Shown here piece after piece: positions 44,281-57,749 of a stretch of DNA of 64,000 nucleotides. The notes beneath the pieces are model-generated. The model was not told where the DNA came from and searched no databases. It saw nothing but the letters and a program-made list of their open reading frames with translations. The stretch covers positions 1,687,061-1,751,060 of the forward strand of contig MU058423.1 of assembly GCA_013265495.1 (NCBI GenBank), in the 5' to 3' direction. The stretch is from Vicugna vicugna (Eukaryota). The stretch's first letter is position 1, and each line of letters begins with the position of its first letter. A program made the translations under genes and the position numbers.

Positions 44281-46892
44281 AGACACCAAGAAGATGTAAC
44301 TGCTGCACTCAAAGTCCTCATACAAGTAGTGGAAAATGAGAAAGCCCACGCATCATGGCAAGTTCTGTACCAGGTAGACTCAGGGTACAGTGAGAAAGTA
44401 GGAAAGAACAATTAGTTCCATCCATGGGCCTTTAGGAAATAAGACAGGGGTTCATGTTTGATGAGAAAGTAGAAAGGACCGGGTGAGGCAAAAGAGGAGA
44501 GGGAAGGGTGTTCAGATGTTTGCAGCCAGTGCCAGCCTACTGATCTTTCACAAGTTGCAGAAGCAGCTACATGTGGATGTACCACTGTTTAGAGGCTCTC
44601 AACACTAGATTCATAAAACAGATGAACTCCGAGGAAGCTAGAGAACTGTCTAAGCAGTGGAAACCCTTTAAAAAACATTTCAGACTATTGCAGTACTTGA
44701 AAATATTTTGGATTCAATAAAACGCCAACTATGTCTCACTCTTGGAAATTTTCCCTCTTAATTTTGAAACACATGAGTAGTGTTGAAGAAATTAATCTGC
44801 ACTCTCAAGTCAACCACACTTACCTCATTCGGTTGCTGTTTTAGAAGAACTGTGTATTATTCCAGGAAAATTCAGGGTCCTTATTGTCAGTTTTCAGACT
44901 TAGAAACAGGAAATCAGATTTTATCTCAAGTGTAATTTTAACCTCAGCATTTAAACATTTCCAGCCTAGATTTCATCAAAGGGCTACTTCAATCTCCAAT
45001 CATTTGAAGTATTCCACTTGGACAAAAGCTCTTCTGTTTACATTGCACAGAATTTGCCCATGATATCTCTATAAATCTTCAGTCAAAATGACTCCCAGTT
45101 CAGAAATATACACTTATAGTCTTATGCTTGTGGAATCTACCAGAAATTAGCCTACAGGAGGCACTAAACTTTAGATCATTATAATCACCAAGAACCATTG
45201 ACTAACTTGGAGGAAGATTTTAGTTACTGATAATTTTAGGAAAACTCCTCAACAAAATTAAAAATATGGATTTTCCTACCTGCAATAACAGAGAAAGAAT
45301 ATAGATTTACTAGAAAGTAAAATACTGAGTCTAAAGGTTGCAAAATGGCTCTCAGTCCATATTATTCATTGCAACTCCTTCAGGTCTACTGGAGAGGAAT
45401 TTAGGGAGTCAAAGAGGAAGATATAATTAATATAACTTGGTTTATTCAGTTACAAACTGCTACTATAAATAAGTCTGCTACTGTAAAAAGTCCCCACTAG
45501 CTGAAAAGGAACAAAGCTCTTCGGTTTTAAGAAGGGGTCATTGTAGCCATTCTCAGCTAAATCTCATTTCATTTTTTTCCCAGCAGTTATCTGCCAATGG
45601 AGGAGACTTGAATCTGGAATCCCATTGTGTGGTTTTCACTTGAAAGTGACTTTTAACATCCAATAACTGCAGAAAAATGTTGCCTTTTGAAATACATATT
45701 CTTGTCCATCTCTGCCACATTTTCCCATCTCCCATCTGAGTTGTTAACCAGTTGATTTAATAGGTGTCTTCAGTGGTTAAAAATGCCGCTAAAAGGGCAA
45801 ATCCCCCTTAACTGGTATCAGTATATCTTGCTCTATGGATCTTTTTGAGAAATGATGCAGACCTTGTTTAATAACCTAGGAGAAATGACCATTTTTCTGC
45901 ACTAGGATACAACACCAGTGCAATAAAGCAGGTAGGTTGCATAGCTAGAAGCCTAAATCCAACTGAGATGATCTTTCTAACGAAATGAGCATATACAGAT
46001 GGCCTACCATGCTCTTTTGAATCATGGTCAGACTAGAATTTAAGGAAATATATTTCCATTTCTTTCTCTAACATCACATATTCCTTTGAAGGTTGCTCAT
46101 TCTCCAAAAAGAAGATCACAACTATCGCAATTTTTTAAATCACACAACTTGTAATTGTGAGTCACTGGCTGAATCATCTCATAATGTAGCTAAAAACCTC
46201 TCATCTTATAACACGGACCTTTAATTCCTCCACTGGTAATTCAGAAGTGAGCTTGCAGCTGTTGTATATCACCACTATTGTTAGTTGTTAAAAACATGTC
46301 AAGAGTTTTGTTTTGAGGTGGGTTTTTCTTTCCAAAAAAAAAAAAAGGCTTAGACTGAAATAAGACATTGCCAGAAATTTATAGCAGGAAAGCAATGCTT
46401 TTAAGCATGAGTTGAAATTTCAAATTAATATTTTAATAAATTTGTCTTTATTTGGCTCAATTTCACTTGGGATTTGGCCCAACAATCATCTCTTCAAGAC
46501 ACTCTGAATAAATCAAACAACACTAAAAAAGAAATCCTAAAAATTACATGCTTTACTGAGTTCTGAAAACATTTCGAGAGCAAAATAAAGTTAGTAATCA
46601 CACACTTGTAAAACAAGAGAAAAATCCTTACAAAATGCAGTCAGGGAAAAAGCCAAAGAAGCGTATATAGTTTTACCTGACTCCCTTTGTCAAAAGACCT
46701 CAGGGAAAAGAGAGGCTTCTAGCCTCTGCTGGTCATTCTTAATCTCATTCCCTCCTGAGGGCTTGGTTCTATTAATATTGGGTCATTCCAGCTTTGTGTC
46801 TGAATAGGAAATGGAAGAACCCTTTCTTCTAAACCCATGCCTTTGTTTAAAGGTGTCTTGGGGAAGAGCTGGCCTCAAAACCCTCATTATTT

Positions 46893-47053
46893 AGCTACTC
46901 ACCGGTCCCCAGCGACCAGCAGCAGCAGCATCACCTAAGAACTTGTTAGAAATGCAGAATCTCAGACTCCACCCCAAACCTACTAAATTAGAATCTGAAT
47001 TTTCATAAAATCCCCAAGTGACTCAAATGCATATCAAAGTTTAAGAAGCCCTG
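46893..47053 (+). mobile_element. MER5A-like hAT-Charlie DNA transposon relic
   Basis: gcagcatcacctaagaacttgttagaaatgcagaatctcagactccaccccaaacctactaaattagaatctg...aagtttaagaagccctg. Confidence 0.85.
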
Positions 47054-47429
47054 TTAGCAGAGTGCTACTACACGTCCTCACTCTGAGACTTTCCGCCCAT
47101 GAACCATCAGAATGGATGAATATCTTAAGTTCAAATTAGATTTAAGCTAAAATAACCCATCTTGCTCCTATATAATTTTTTTATAAATTTTGAAAACAAC
47201 AAGGCAAAGGATGAATATTATCCTTATTGAACCCTAGGCATTGAAAATCTACTACAGGTTTCTGTTTGGAATCAGATTCTACTTCTCAGTGTAGTCGAAA
47301 TGTTTCATTTCATTACAAAATGGCTCCTATCAAACCTCTCCACCAAGCTTATCTCTCAACAGCTGTAAACCCACCCCGGTTTGGACAGGTCTTCGGGGAT
47401 GTTGGCAAACTGAGGAAATAGTAGTGCTC

Positions 47430-47690
47430 ATTTATCACATGCCAACAATCAATGACAAGTTTTATCAGGCACGGTTCTAAGACTTTACCTATATTAACTT
47501 ACTGAATCCCCAAACAATCCTAAAAGATAGGTTCTATCATTATCATCCCCATTTTAGAGATGAAGAAACTGATGCATGGTGAGCTTAAGTAACTTGTCTC
47601 AAGTCATAAAATGAGACAATGGTAGGGCTGGGATCTGAAGCCTATTCCAGAGCCCAGACACAGGGTCATGAGACCATATTACCAACAAAT
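47430..47690 (-). mobile_element. MIR SINE
   Basis: atccccattttagagatgaagaaactgatgcatggtgagcttaagtaacttgtctcaagtca. Confidence 0.8.
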
Positions 47691-48300
47691 GCCCAGGGTA
47701 CAGTACCTCTGCCCCTCACAACAGCTCTGCAAGGTAGATAGTGCGACACTGAGAAAACCAAGGTCTCAGACAGTAGTAAATGATGATGTTTCTGTGTTAA
47801 CCACCCCCCCCATGACTTCATGCTACCTTCCAGCCATCTTCAATATTGCAAATCCCCACTGTTCCAAATAGGCTGGCTATGACATCTCAACTTGATACAG
47901 TCAGAACCCAGGAGTTCAGTTCCCTCTGTCAGTGTAACAAAGATAAGAACGCCTCACTTCACACCTCCTCCCCTCCAGCTATATCCAACATGTGTATTTT
48001 ATGCATATCCAGCACTACAGATTTTACAAGGCTGGGTTTGCAGCCCTGTCAACTGTGATTCTTTGTATATGCAGGTCAAATCCTGATCCTGAACACATGC
48101 ATCTACCAGAGTGCTCACTCTGGAGGGCCTCCTTGCTGTCTCACTAGAAAGCCATGTTTTGGTCATTAATATTCTGGTCAGACAGGAAATCTCTCTGCAG
48201 AGCTGCTGTGGAGGGGGATGAAGCTTTGCAGACACAAGTAGTGATTTTATTAAAATGTAGAAAAATTGTTGAGAAAACAGAAATGTGGTGGGGGCAGGGG

Positions 48301-48314
48301 GTTGCCATAGCAAC
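48301..48314. promoter_or_regulatory. Consensus RFX X-box
   Basis: GTTGCCATAGCAAC, a full consensus match. Confidence 0.55.
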
Positions 48315-49159
48315 TTAACCATTCTCTCAGTTTTCAAAGAGGGGGGAAGACCAAGGACTAGTAAATAAAGAAAAGGAGATGGAGGGATTCTGCGTGACAC
48401 GTGATCGCAAGCGGAATGAGACAGCTCAGAGAGAGCTTCAAATCGACTGAAGAGCTAGGAAGCAGAAGCGGTCCTTACAAGGGGATGCCCTTCCTCAAGG
48501 TGCCAGGAGCCTGGTGGAGGCAAATCTTTGTCATCAGCTTTACAACATGGCTCAGCCACAGAGGCCAGACAACGTGGCCCTCTACAAATGGTTTATGGAT
48601 AAACGAATATCTCACAAGGAAGCGGGAATTCTCCTGGCACCCTCCTGGGAACTGTCCACCATGATTCCTGTGCATATTTTAATGCATTGGTCCTGGGATC
48701 ACCACTCCTCATGCCCATCCCTCACCGCAGGATTGTTGATGGACTCCGGGCAGATCCAGAAAGATCGAGATCATCCAGAACTCATACTGCATTAGATGAA
48801 TTCACATGTAACAATATAACAAGTTCAAAATATATTATTAAGGGAAACTAGGGTAAAAGGATAGCCTTTCTTCAGCACCTTATAGGTTACTGAGTACATG
48901 CACATTATCCCATTTGATGTGTGGGCACAGCTTCAGCAAACTGGGATTACTCAGCCCTGTGGTAGCCACGAAACCTGGTGTGCAACCCAGACTAAAATAA
49001 GGTAATTAAACTCACCTGCCTGCAAGAATTTTCCATCTCTCCTGGAGAATGGAATTAATGCTGATGGTTTACATCATTTTCAGTCTGTCTTCATCACACA
49101 TTGTGACAGCTTGAACAATGCACTATCCCCATTAATTAACACTTCAGTTTTTTGAGATT

Positions 49160-49215
49160 CGTGTGTGTGTGTGTGGAGAGAGAGAGAGGAAAAGAAGAGA
49201 GACAGAGACAGAGAC
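49160..49215. repeat. (GT)n(GA)n compound microsatellite
   Basis: gtgtgtgtgtgtgtggagagagagagagg...gagacagagacagagac. Confidence 0.85.
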
Positions 49216-50469
49216 ATGTCCATGTAGATACACACAAGAAGCTCTACATCATTTCTGCTAATGGAGAGGAGTAATGCTGGAGATAAAAATTGCCCAAAAA
49301 TCATTTTAGGACTTTGTAATGCATGACACATATCATAGTAGAGGCTACTAGCAGGCAGATGTTTGATATAATTTTTAAATGAGACTGCATTTTCCCCCAC
49401 ATACTCTGAAAGAGATAGCAAGGGGAAGCTGGTTGGGGGAATGCAGGTGGGGATTAAAAACTGGCCCCAGATAATCCACTGATCACCTCACAGAGCAGTG
49501 ATCCTCCACACATACATCTGGAGCAGTGTCCACTCCAGCTACCTGCCCACCGGTCACATCTCAGACACAAGCCTCATACACCTTGGGCAGGGCTTAGGAA
49601 AGCTCACATTGTGGCTGAAGAGAGAAGCATTGTCAGAGAGAAGCTGCCTCGTCAGGCAGAGTAAGGGCCTCCTCAGACCAGATAAACATGATGGACGAGA
49701 GGGAAGGTTCCGGATGAGACAAAGGCACACTTGATCATCGTGTCCCAGGATGCTCTTCCTGAAGAACACTCACTGAAGCTAAGCACTTGGGGAAGGAGGT
49801 TTAGTAAGTCCACAGACGTTCCAAACAGTACATATCAGGTCATCATCACAGGGGAGAAAACAGATTCAGAGAAGGTAGACCATGAATTCGAGCTGTGCAC
49901 CAGGTCTTCATCTGGTACTCTCAGTATTCCTCACATTTCTTGAAATGGTAGTTGCAGCAGGATTGGGCGTGGGGGGACAGATACTCGCGAATTAGGAAGC
50001 CATTGCCACAAAGTCGAAATGAGAGGTATCTGTGGCTTTGAGCTATAGGTTTGCAGGTTTGGCTGGGACAGCCAACAAGGGGCTCTGATATTTACAACTG
50101 TGAGCTATGAAGCCACAACTTGTGGGTTTCCTGTAGGCAAGTCAACCGTGAAATGATTGAAACGGCCCATTTCTACCAGTCATAAAATGCTGCCGACAGT
50201 TCTCCCTAGTCTTAATCATCTTCTCTCCCTACACACACACACGTAAACTCACACAATGTACTTCTGTTATTTCCCAAACCACTCCCTTCTCTTCCCTTTT
50301 CTCTTATTTAGTCACACACAGCCTTTCACTTCTACATCAGCTGCATTTATCTATCCAGGGAAAGCGTTTGAACATCTGTCCAGCTAAATCCCAGAGCTGC
50401 AGTTGCCAAACTGCTCCCTCAAAGACCACACTGACTAACAGACTGCCAAGAAAAAGTTACAGTAATGAT

Positions 50470-50660
50470 AATCACTATTTAATGGGCACCTACTTACCAT
50501 GTGCAGGACGCCAGGATCATAACTCACGTGTTCAGATTCCTGACTATTTCCTTCAGTCCTTATCTAGGCAACAACCTTGGGAAGTGTTACTGTCCCTGTT
50601 ACAGAGATGGGACCCTGAGACAGGGAGGGGTGGGTAACTCACAGAAAGTCACAGCGCTGG
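50470..50660 (-). mobile_element. MIR SINE
   Basis: ttacagagatgggaccctgagacagggagggg...gtaactcacagaaagtcacagc. Confidence 0.6.
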
Positions 50661-51199
50661 TAAACGGCGGGGCTAGGGAAACGTGCACTGCTTCTCCTTT
50701 GCCTGCCCAACACTGAAAATCTATTTGACATTGTCTAAGTTGTTTTCTTCAAGAATACATGTTTCATAATGAGATATTTTAACTGATATTTTAACTGATT
50801 CAATATTTGGGTCATGATCAAGCTGTTCTATTTTGTAAAGAATCTTCTTTGTTTTCTCAGTGATGAATTTACATATGCCCTCTCACATTCTTCATTTCTG
50901 CCAATTACATGAATTTCTTAATGTTCTGGCATCCGGCAACCACCTGGCCTCTTTCTCTGGTCTTCTTTTCCCATCTTAATTTCGCACATTGAAAAGGTAG
51001 ACAGGACTGAATGAGCTAGGTAGCTCACTTCTTTTAGTTCCGCAAAGCCTCTCGAGTTTTCCCCACAATCCTTTGAACAGCCTCTTCTTCATGCTTCCAC
51101 ACACTCTCAATCTCCTTACTTTCCCTTATTCTTCAGTCTTTTTTTTTTCCAATGGCCAACCACTACATAGACCCCATCGATAGAGCACTGTCCCAGAAT

Positions 51200-52210
51200 T
51201 CTATGCAGATGGCTCTCAGGGGTCACTGCAGCCTCCAGGTAGCTTACCCTGTTTCTCTTACCCTCTTGGTGTCTCCATCTTTTGGCTTCCTCGACACTGA
51301 ACCACCTTGCTTCCCTTGAAAGTAATTATTCTTCTTGTGTCATCCTCTTCATCTGCCTTTCCCTTCAATGTTCAGTTTCCAAGGTTCAGCCCTCAGTCTT
51401 TGTTTCTTCTCCTACAATCCCTTCCTGGACCATCAGATTCATTCCTGTGGTGTGACTCTCTGGTTTCACCTCCCCAATCCATATCTCTAACCTTAGCCTC
51501 CCTCTTAAGCACCTCCACTTCCAACAATCTGCCAGGCATTACTGCTAGGATGACTCATTGGCACTTCCAGTCCCAACCGTCGAAGCAAATTATTCACCGT
51601 CTCTCACTGAACCAACCCCTTCTGCCTTCCCTATTTCTAATAAATACCACCTTCCATCACCCAGGTAGAAAAATGTTTTATACTCTTAGATTCCTCCATC
51701 TTCCTTGCCCATCATATTCTATTAGTTTTAAAATATAAAGAGATTCTACCTACATATCTCTTATTGCTACCCTGTTCAAAAACCTTTCGTGGCCCTCCAC
51801 CGTCTGTTGGTAAAGAGTCAGTTCTCACTCCATCTTTGCATTTCATCTCTCCATTGGTAGCCCAAATCAACCCATCTCACCGTGGTTTGCTCCCACCAAA
51901 CCAGCCACTGTGCTGTTCTCAAATACATGCCAAGCCTTCCTACCTCTGTGTTCTGACTCATGCAGGTCCTGATACCTGCCTGCCGCACCTCTTCCAACAC
52001 ACGTGAGGCCTTTCCTGACCTCCCTCCCTAACGTAATGAGGCTTCCTGAGCTTTTGTAGTAACTATCATGTTCTACTCTGGTTTTATCTGCTTATTGGCT
52101 TCACCTTCTGAAGTAGCCAATGAATTCCATGCTTCAGGCATCTCTGTTTTCCCACAACCCTTACCTGATTTGTATGTGGCAGATCCTCATTACATGTCTG
52201 ACGAATGAAA
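51200..52210 (+). mobile_element. Degraded L2 LINE
   Basis: Pyrimidine-rich L2-like sequence ending in a tail-like catgtctgacgaatgaa. Confidence 0.6.
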
Positions 52211-52399
52211 TTGAGCTGGGACTCAGCAGCTGTGTGGGAAGTACCAAGTTTCCAGGGCCCTTGCCTCACCTGAAACCAGGCAAAGATTCTCTTATTTGTG
52301 CCATTTTCCCATCTTATAATTGAGCCTCTGTGTTCCCCGATGGCCTGAATGTCAGCCATTAGCTTCTGCAAGCAGTGAGATCCTGGGAACAGCGGTCAC

Positions 52400-52630
52400 A
52401 GCTACGGAGCACTGTCCACGTGCGGGGTGCTGTTCTACACACGCGCCGGTTTCAACTTCTCTGAACCTCTTGGCAACCCTGCGAAGTAGACACTGTAATC
52501 CCCAGTTTACAGATGAGGAAACTGAAGCACAGAGAAGTTAAATGGCATGTCTCAGCTCAAATAACTAGAATGGAAGGAACCAAATTCTCACTCAGACCCT
52601 CCAGCTCCAGAACCCATGCTCTGACCACAA
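52400..52630 (-). mobile_element. MIR SINE
   Basis: ccccagtttacagatgaggaaactgaagcacagagaagttaaatg. Confidence 0.85.
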
Positions 52631-54869
52631 TGCAATCACGAAAAGCAGATTTAAAAGGGGGAGATTTTACTTGTAGGTTTTGATGGCCAAAATCTCAAGA
52701 CCCACAGCCTGGGTTGATCATGATACGTATGACCTGACCTGTACAGATGTGTATTTGAGTGTGAGTATATGGGGCAGGGGGTGGAGTTGCATTCTGCTAT
52801 TTAGCTGGTGTTTCTGTATTTGCTATTGTTTCCCCAACACAAACTTCCTGAGAGTAGACAGTAGCTCCCATGATTTTATTTTGTCGCTGCAGTCTAATCT
52901 AGGGCTTGTCACAGAGTAGATGATCCACGGTTTTAGGGCTGAATTGTATTTTCATGGTATGAAGTCAGTTCACAAGCCATGTGTCTCCTTTAAAGCTTCT
53001 GTCGTTTGCCCCGACACACACCCACTCTCTCCCAGAGCAGGTGCAGGTCGGTAAAATGTAAGCAAATCAGTTCGGAATGTCAAAACAGGATTTAATCAAT
53101 TATTAATTTGGGGGAACCAGGAGAACAGCAAGTAAATATCCCAACGAGGTCATGCTATGAAGCGCATGAAACTCTCCCAGACTTAATACTTACTTTAGAC
53201 TTACTGTCAGAATGACTTTCCAGCTTCCCAGATCCAAGCCAGCGGCCATTAGACATGGCTTGGAATGATACTCAGCAGCCATAAAGGCCTGGTGCAAAGG
53301 CCAAGACTGAAGGAAGGGCTACTTCCCCAGGAGAGGTGTCTAGAGGGCAGAGGCCAAAAAGCTTCTCCAAGGAGACCAATTAGCTCAAGCACAGACACCA
53401 GAGAGCCTGAGACTTGACATCTGGATAAGTCAGCCTGCCAAGTCAGGGCTTGGTCAAATGATGCTGGGCTCCGAACCAGCATCAGCATCAGCCTCCTGCT
53501 GCTCCGTTCTCTCCAGGCCAGCCAGAAGGGAGATGCAAGCATACGAAACCCCATCTAGGGCTGAGGTGAGTGGGCAGGTTACTCACAGTTGCTCTCTGGC
53601 TGTTACAAAATTTAGGTATCAAGACCACAGTGAATGCCAACAAGAAAAGAGAATGGAGAATGGGGGAGTGGAGACACAGTGAGGGAAGCAGGTTGAGAGC
53701 ATGAATTCCCCAGCTCATTCAAGTCACCCCACTTCACCTGCTAGTCCTTGGCACACATTATCATCTTAGTCACCATCCTCTGATCCCCACAGGCCGCCTC
53801 CTTGTGGCCTCCAGAACTGGTGATCCTCTCTCTCTCCCAGGCTTCTGCCCGGGGACCTTCTCTCCTTGTACTACTGTGCTCACAGCCTCCTGTTTCCTCT
53901 CCTCTGGTACCTCCCTGAGAAGGAAGTATCTGCTCCTTGCTCAGCATCCCAAGTACATGAAGCAGACTCAGTTCCCAGAGTCAGGAAGTACATGGAGGCT
54001 TCAGATATAGAACCAAATCTCTCAGTCACTCCATAATGCTCTCAGAGCCCAGTGGGAACCAGCCACCAAAGCATCTCTCATCAGGCTAGGTTCAGACCTC
54101 CTGAAGAGCACCCACACCACCCAGGCCCCACCCCAGGGAAGAGTCAGGGCCCAGGCAGGTCCTAACCTACTGAATGCTCAATCAGAGGGCCAAGGGATGG
54201 GGGTGGGTTCAGCTGCCTGCAGAGCTGACTGATGAACCCGTGCCAGGTACCAAGGGAGGAAGTGCTGCCAGTGAGCACCAAGTAACCCTGCAGCAGAAAA
54301 GGAAGTGGCGGGGGGGGGTGCTCCCACCTCCTCGCCAGCTAGGGCTGGAGCCCCTCCCCCCTCCCGCTACTTAGTGTACAACAGCCTCCCAAGTGGGTGC
54401 AAGTTACGCTAAGGGACACATTCTTTTCTATTCCTCAATTTTTTTTTCCAGATCCAATCTGATTTTAAAGAGCATCAAGGGCAGCCCTAAACCAGCACCT
54501 TTGACTTGGTCATTGGGAAAGTTTCAAGGAGAGCTGGTGCAGGGCCCATTCATTTCAGAGATTCTTGGTGGCTCTCCATCCTTAGCAGTCCCTGGCATCT
54601 TCAAGCCCAGTGTTGGTGATGGAGCCCCCAAAGCTTTATGAGACTGCCCCTTCCGCTACTGGACAGCTCGCCAGCAGCTAAGAGTTGGGGAACTCTCATC
54701 CCATGCCACACTCTGTGCTGGCCGCTTCTCTAACTCTACCAGGTAAGTACTGTTATGGTTTCCAGATCAGATGAAAAGTCTTGCTTAGAGAAGTTGACTC
54801 CCTTGTCTAAGATCACAATAGCTTAAAAGTGGCAAAGCCAAAATGCAAACTCTGAGCTCTTAATTAGAT

Positions 54870-55213
54870 CAGGGTTGCGAACTACAGCCCCTTTGGGGAT
54901 CAGTGAAACTGTGCCGGTCTAAGAAAGACAGAGGGAGGTGGCATCTGTGATGATCTGGTGTGTAACTTCCTTATTCAGAGGAGGCAACTGCCACCCACGC
55001 TCCATTTCTTACTCCATGAGAGAATATAAACCTGGGTGATCAGACCTTTAGATTTTTCAAGAGGTTATAAATAGGGATTTGTGAACATAATTTCCCAATT
55101 TGTACTGATTATTGATACAACTTTTTTAAAATCATGGTGCAGGCCAACACTGAGTAGGTCTCATAACCACATCTGTGAGCAGGTTCCTGACCGTGCCCGT
55201 TGTAAGTCTACTC
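54870..55213 (+). mobile_element. MER102-like hAT-Charlie DNA transposon, next to MIR sequence
   Basis: Starts cagggttgcgaact, contains gatttttcaagagg...ggatttgtgaacataatttccc and ends cacatctgtgagcagg...gttgtaagtctactc. Resembles the recalled MER102 consensus. Confidence 0.6.
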
Positions 55214-57749
55214 TAGAGCCCAGAGTCTTAATCACTGGGATTTACTGTCTTAAAATGATCAGATAGATGTATTTCTGCTCAACTGGAATTTTTCTTCCTG
55301 TTATTTCAATCTATTGGCCTCAGTTCTGCCATCAGAATCACCCGGGATTCCAAAACACTGTTCTCCTGAATTCTCCTCTAAATACCCCAACCTGTTCAAG
55401 CATCCCCTCTTGGTTGGTTTGCAAGATCTTTTTTATGCTGTCCCCAGACACACTCCCACCTGCTCCCAAGACTCCTCAACATCCACTGCTTGGACCTGAG
55501 CCCTATCCTTCACATCTGGTCTGTGCCCTACAGAGCAAGGCTAACACCCTGCCCACCAAGACCCATCCAAGAATGGAACCCAAGGTCACTTGGCCTCTTT
55601 GGCAGCTGAGGATTTGCCTCAGGTTAAGTGAAGGGATCCTGGCGCCCCTCCTCAGTGTTGGTCGTCACTGTTATGGGGAGTGACGTCCCCAACTACCAGC
55701 CCCTCCCCACCAGGGTGCTGAACAATCACCCCGGTCCTCACAAGCACTGCTCCCGGGTTAGCCCTCTAACACCTATGGCTGTCAGGCCCACACTTGGTTA
55801 ATCTTCCCTTCAGAGAAGGCAGCCATGGCGCCAAGGATCCATCGCACTGAGTTGTGAAACAAACCCCACCCTCCCAATAGTTGGGGAGATTTTTCTATGA
55901 CTCATCACACTCACTCTAAGATTTGCCCATTGCTTAATACTCACTGCCTAGACGTACCACGTGAGGACTCAAAGCCTGGCTAGAGCACCATGGGTCAGAA
56001 GCAAAGGGGATGAGTCAAAGGCGAGAACCTAGAGGGTCAGAGGAATAACTTCAGACCAAGCCCTCCACACTTGACAGCCGTGGGCTTCACCATCTGCCGC
56101 AAGGTGGGGGCCTCTTTTGGTTCCAGTCCCGCCTGCCAATTTGCCTTATGAAATGGGGAAATGCAGATCTGGCGAGCTGCTGTGGAAACCGAGAAAAGCA
56201 AAGCAGCCCATCCTCTACTCTCGCCCTGCCACCCGGCCTTCCCCGTGGCCGCTGGGGCCGGGACTGAACTAGCAGCTGGGTTTTCCCCTGGGCAGTGACT
56301 CACAGATGTCATCTCTCTGGCACAGATTCTCAAAAAGGTCCTAGCTGGGAAGGTTTCCCGGTGGCCAAATGATCCTTCACAGCTGCTAGCCCAGCGACGA
56401 GGGATTCCAGCTGGTGCCAGGTGACGAAGAACAGGTCCAGGCTTTGTCCCTTGGCTACGGGACCTGTCTGTCCTGCTCGCTAGACACAGGATGTAATTTA
56501 TCAGCAGGTTTACTATAGAGCACCCAAGCTTTCAGCCCATCAAACCACCCCAGTAAAGGCAGATTTCTGAGGGCATCTCAGCCACCAGCAAAGAGCATCA
56601 GCTTTCCACCGAGCACAGTGCAGTGAGGTCCTGGAGTTGTCTGTGCGCCCCCCAACCCCCAGGTGCTCAAGCACTCACATTGACGGGGGCCTGCAGCCTG
56701 GACACACCACCAGGGACACACCATACAGCACAAAGTGACAGGTCTTCGCGCAGGGTCATGACTAGGCAAGACCACAAATTCTACCATTGTTTTAGTAGCT
56801 GAATCCTCATTCCAAACATTCTCATGCAGAAAGAACCTCAGTATTCAGGCAGGTCCAAGGGCAGCTGCTCAGGTGGGAACCAGGGCGGAGCCGGGAACCA
56901 TTCTTACTCAGACTCCCCGCGATCCCCTCCGCCCCCCAGGGGTTTCTTAGCCTCTTCCACTGAATTCCCAGGGCTCACCTGACACGGTTGAAAACCCACT
57001 GCTCTGGTTCAGTCCCTCTTTGTACAGAGGGGGAAAGTGAGGCCCAGAGGACACGCCATACATCTCCCCAGGTCACATGTTAAATCCGTACTACAAATTC
57101 AGCTGCAGAAGAGAGGGTGTGCAAACCTAGCTCTCGGTGAACTGAAACATCTGGACAAATGGCAGCTCCTGCAGGTGGAAGGAGTAAGTGAATACACTTT
57201 AAGTTCATTTTAATTCTGTCTCGGCCACTTGGTAGCTGCCTGTGCTTGGACCTGCCCCTCATCTCAGCTGTCCTAAGGCTGGGGCTTGGTCCAGTGGCCT
57301 CTTGAGGCCTCTCTTGCTCAAACATCATCCAGAATATTGCAAGGTCTCAGCAGAACAGAGCCTCAGAGAATGGGGACCCAGACGAAAGGTCCCATCCGGT
57401 AGGCGGGCTCCTGTCAGGCTATACCTGGGCCCTTCCACTGCCCCCACCCCCAACCCCCACCGCCCCACAGGCTCTGCATTCCTCCTGTGGTTTTAGCCAC
57501 GGAGCCATCATCAGGCCAAGGCTCGAATGCCACAGAGAGGTGCTTTATTTCGGCTGTGGGGGCGGAGCACAAAGAGGAAGAGGAGGCAAGGATGAAGGAG
57601 GGGCAGAGCCCTGGGAGGGAAGGCAGCACCAGGGGCCTCCCCCCTGCGACCAGGTTCTGCTCACCCTCCTCTCACCCCACACTGCTCTGGTGTCCTATTT
57701 CCCTCCCTCGACTCTCTTCTCTCCTAGGTGCACCCCTGCACCGGACCCA

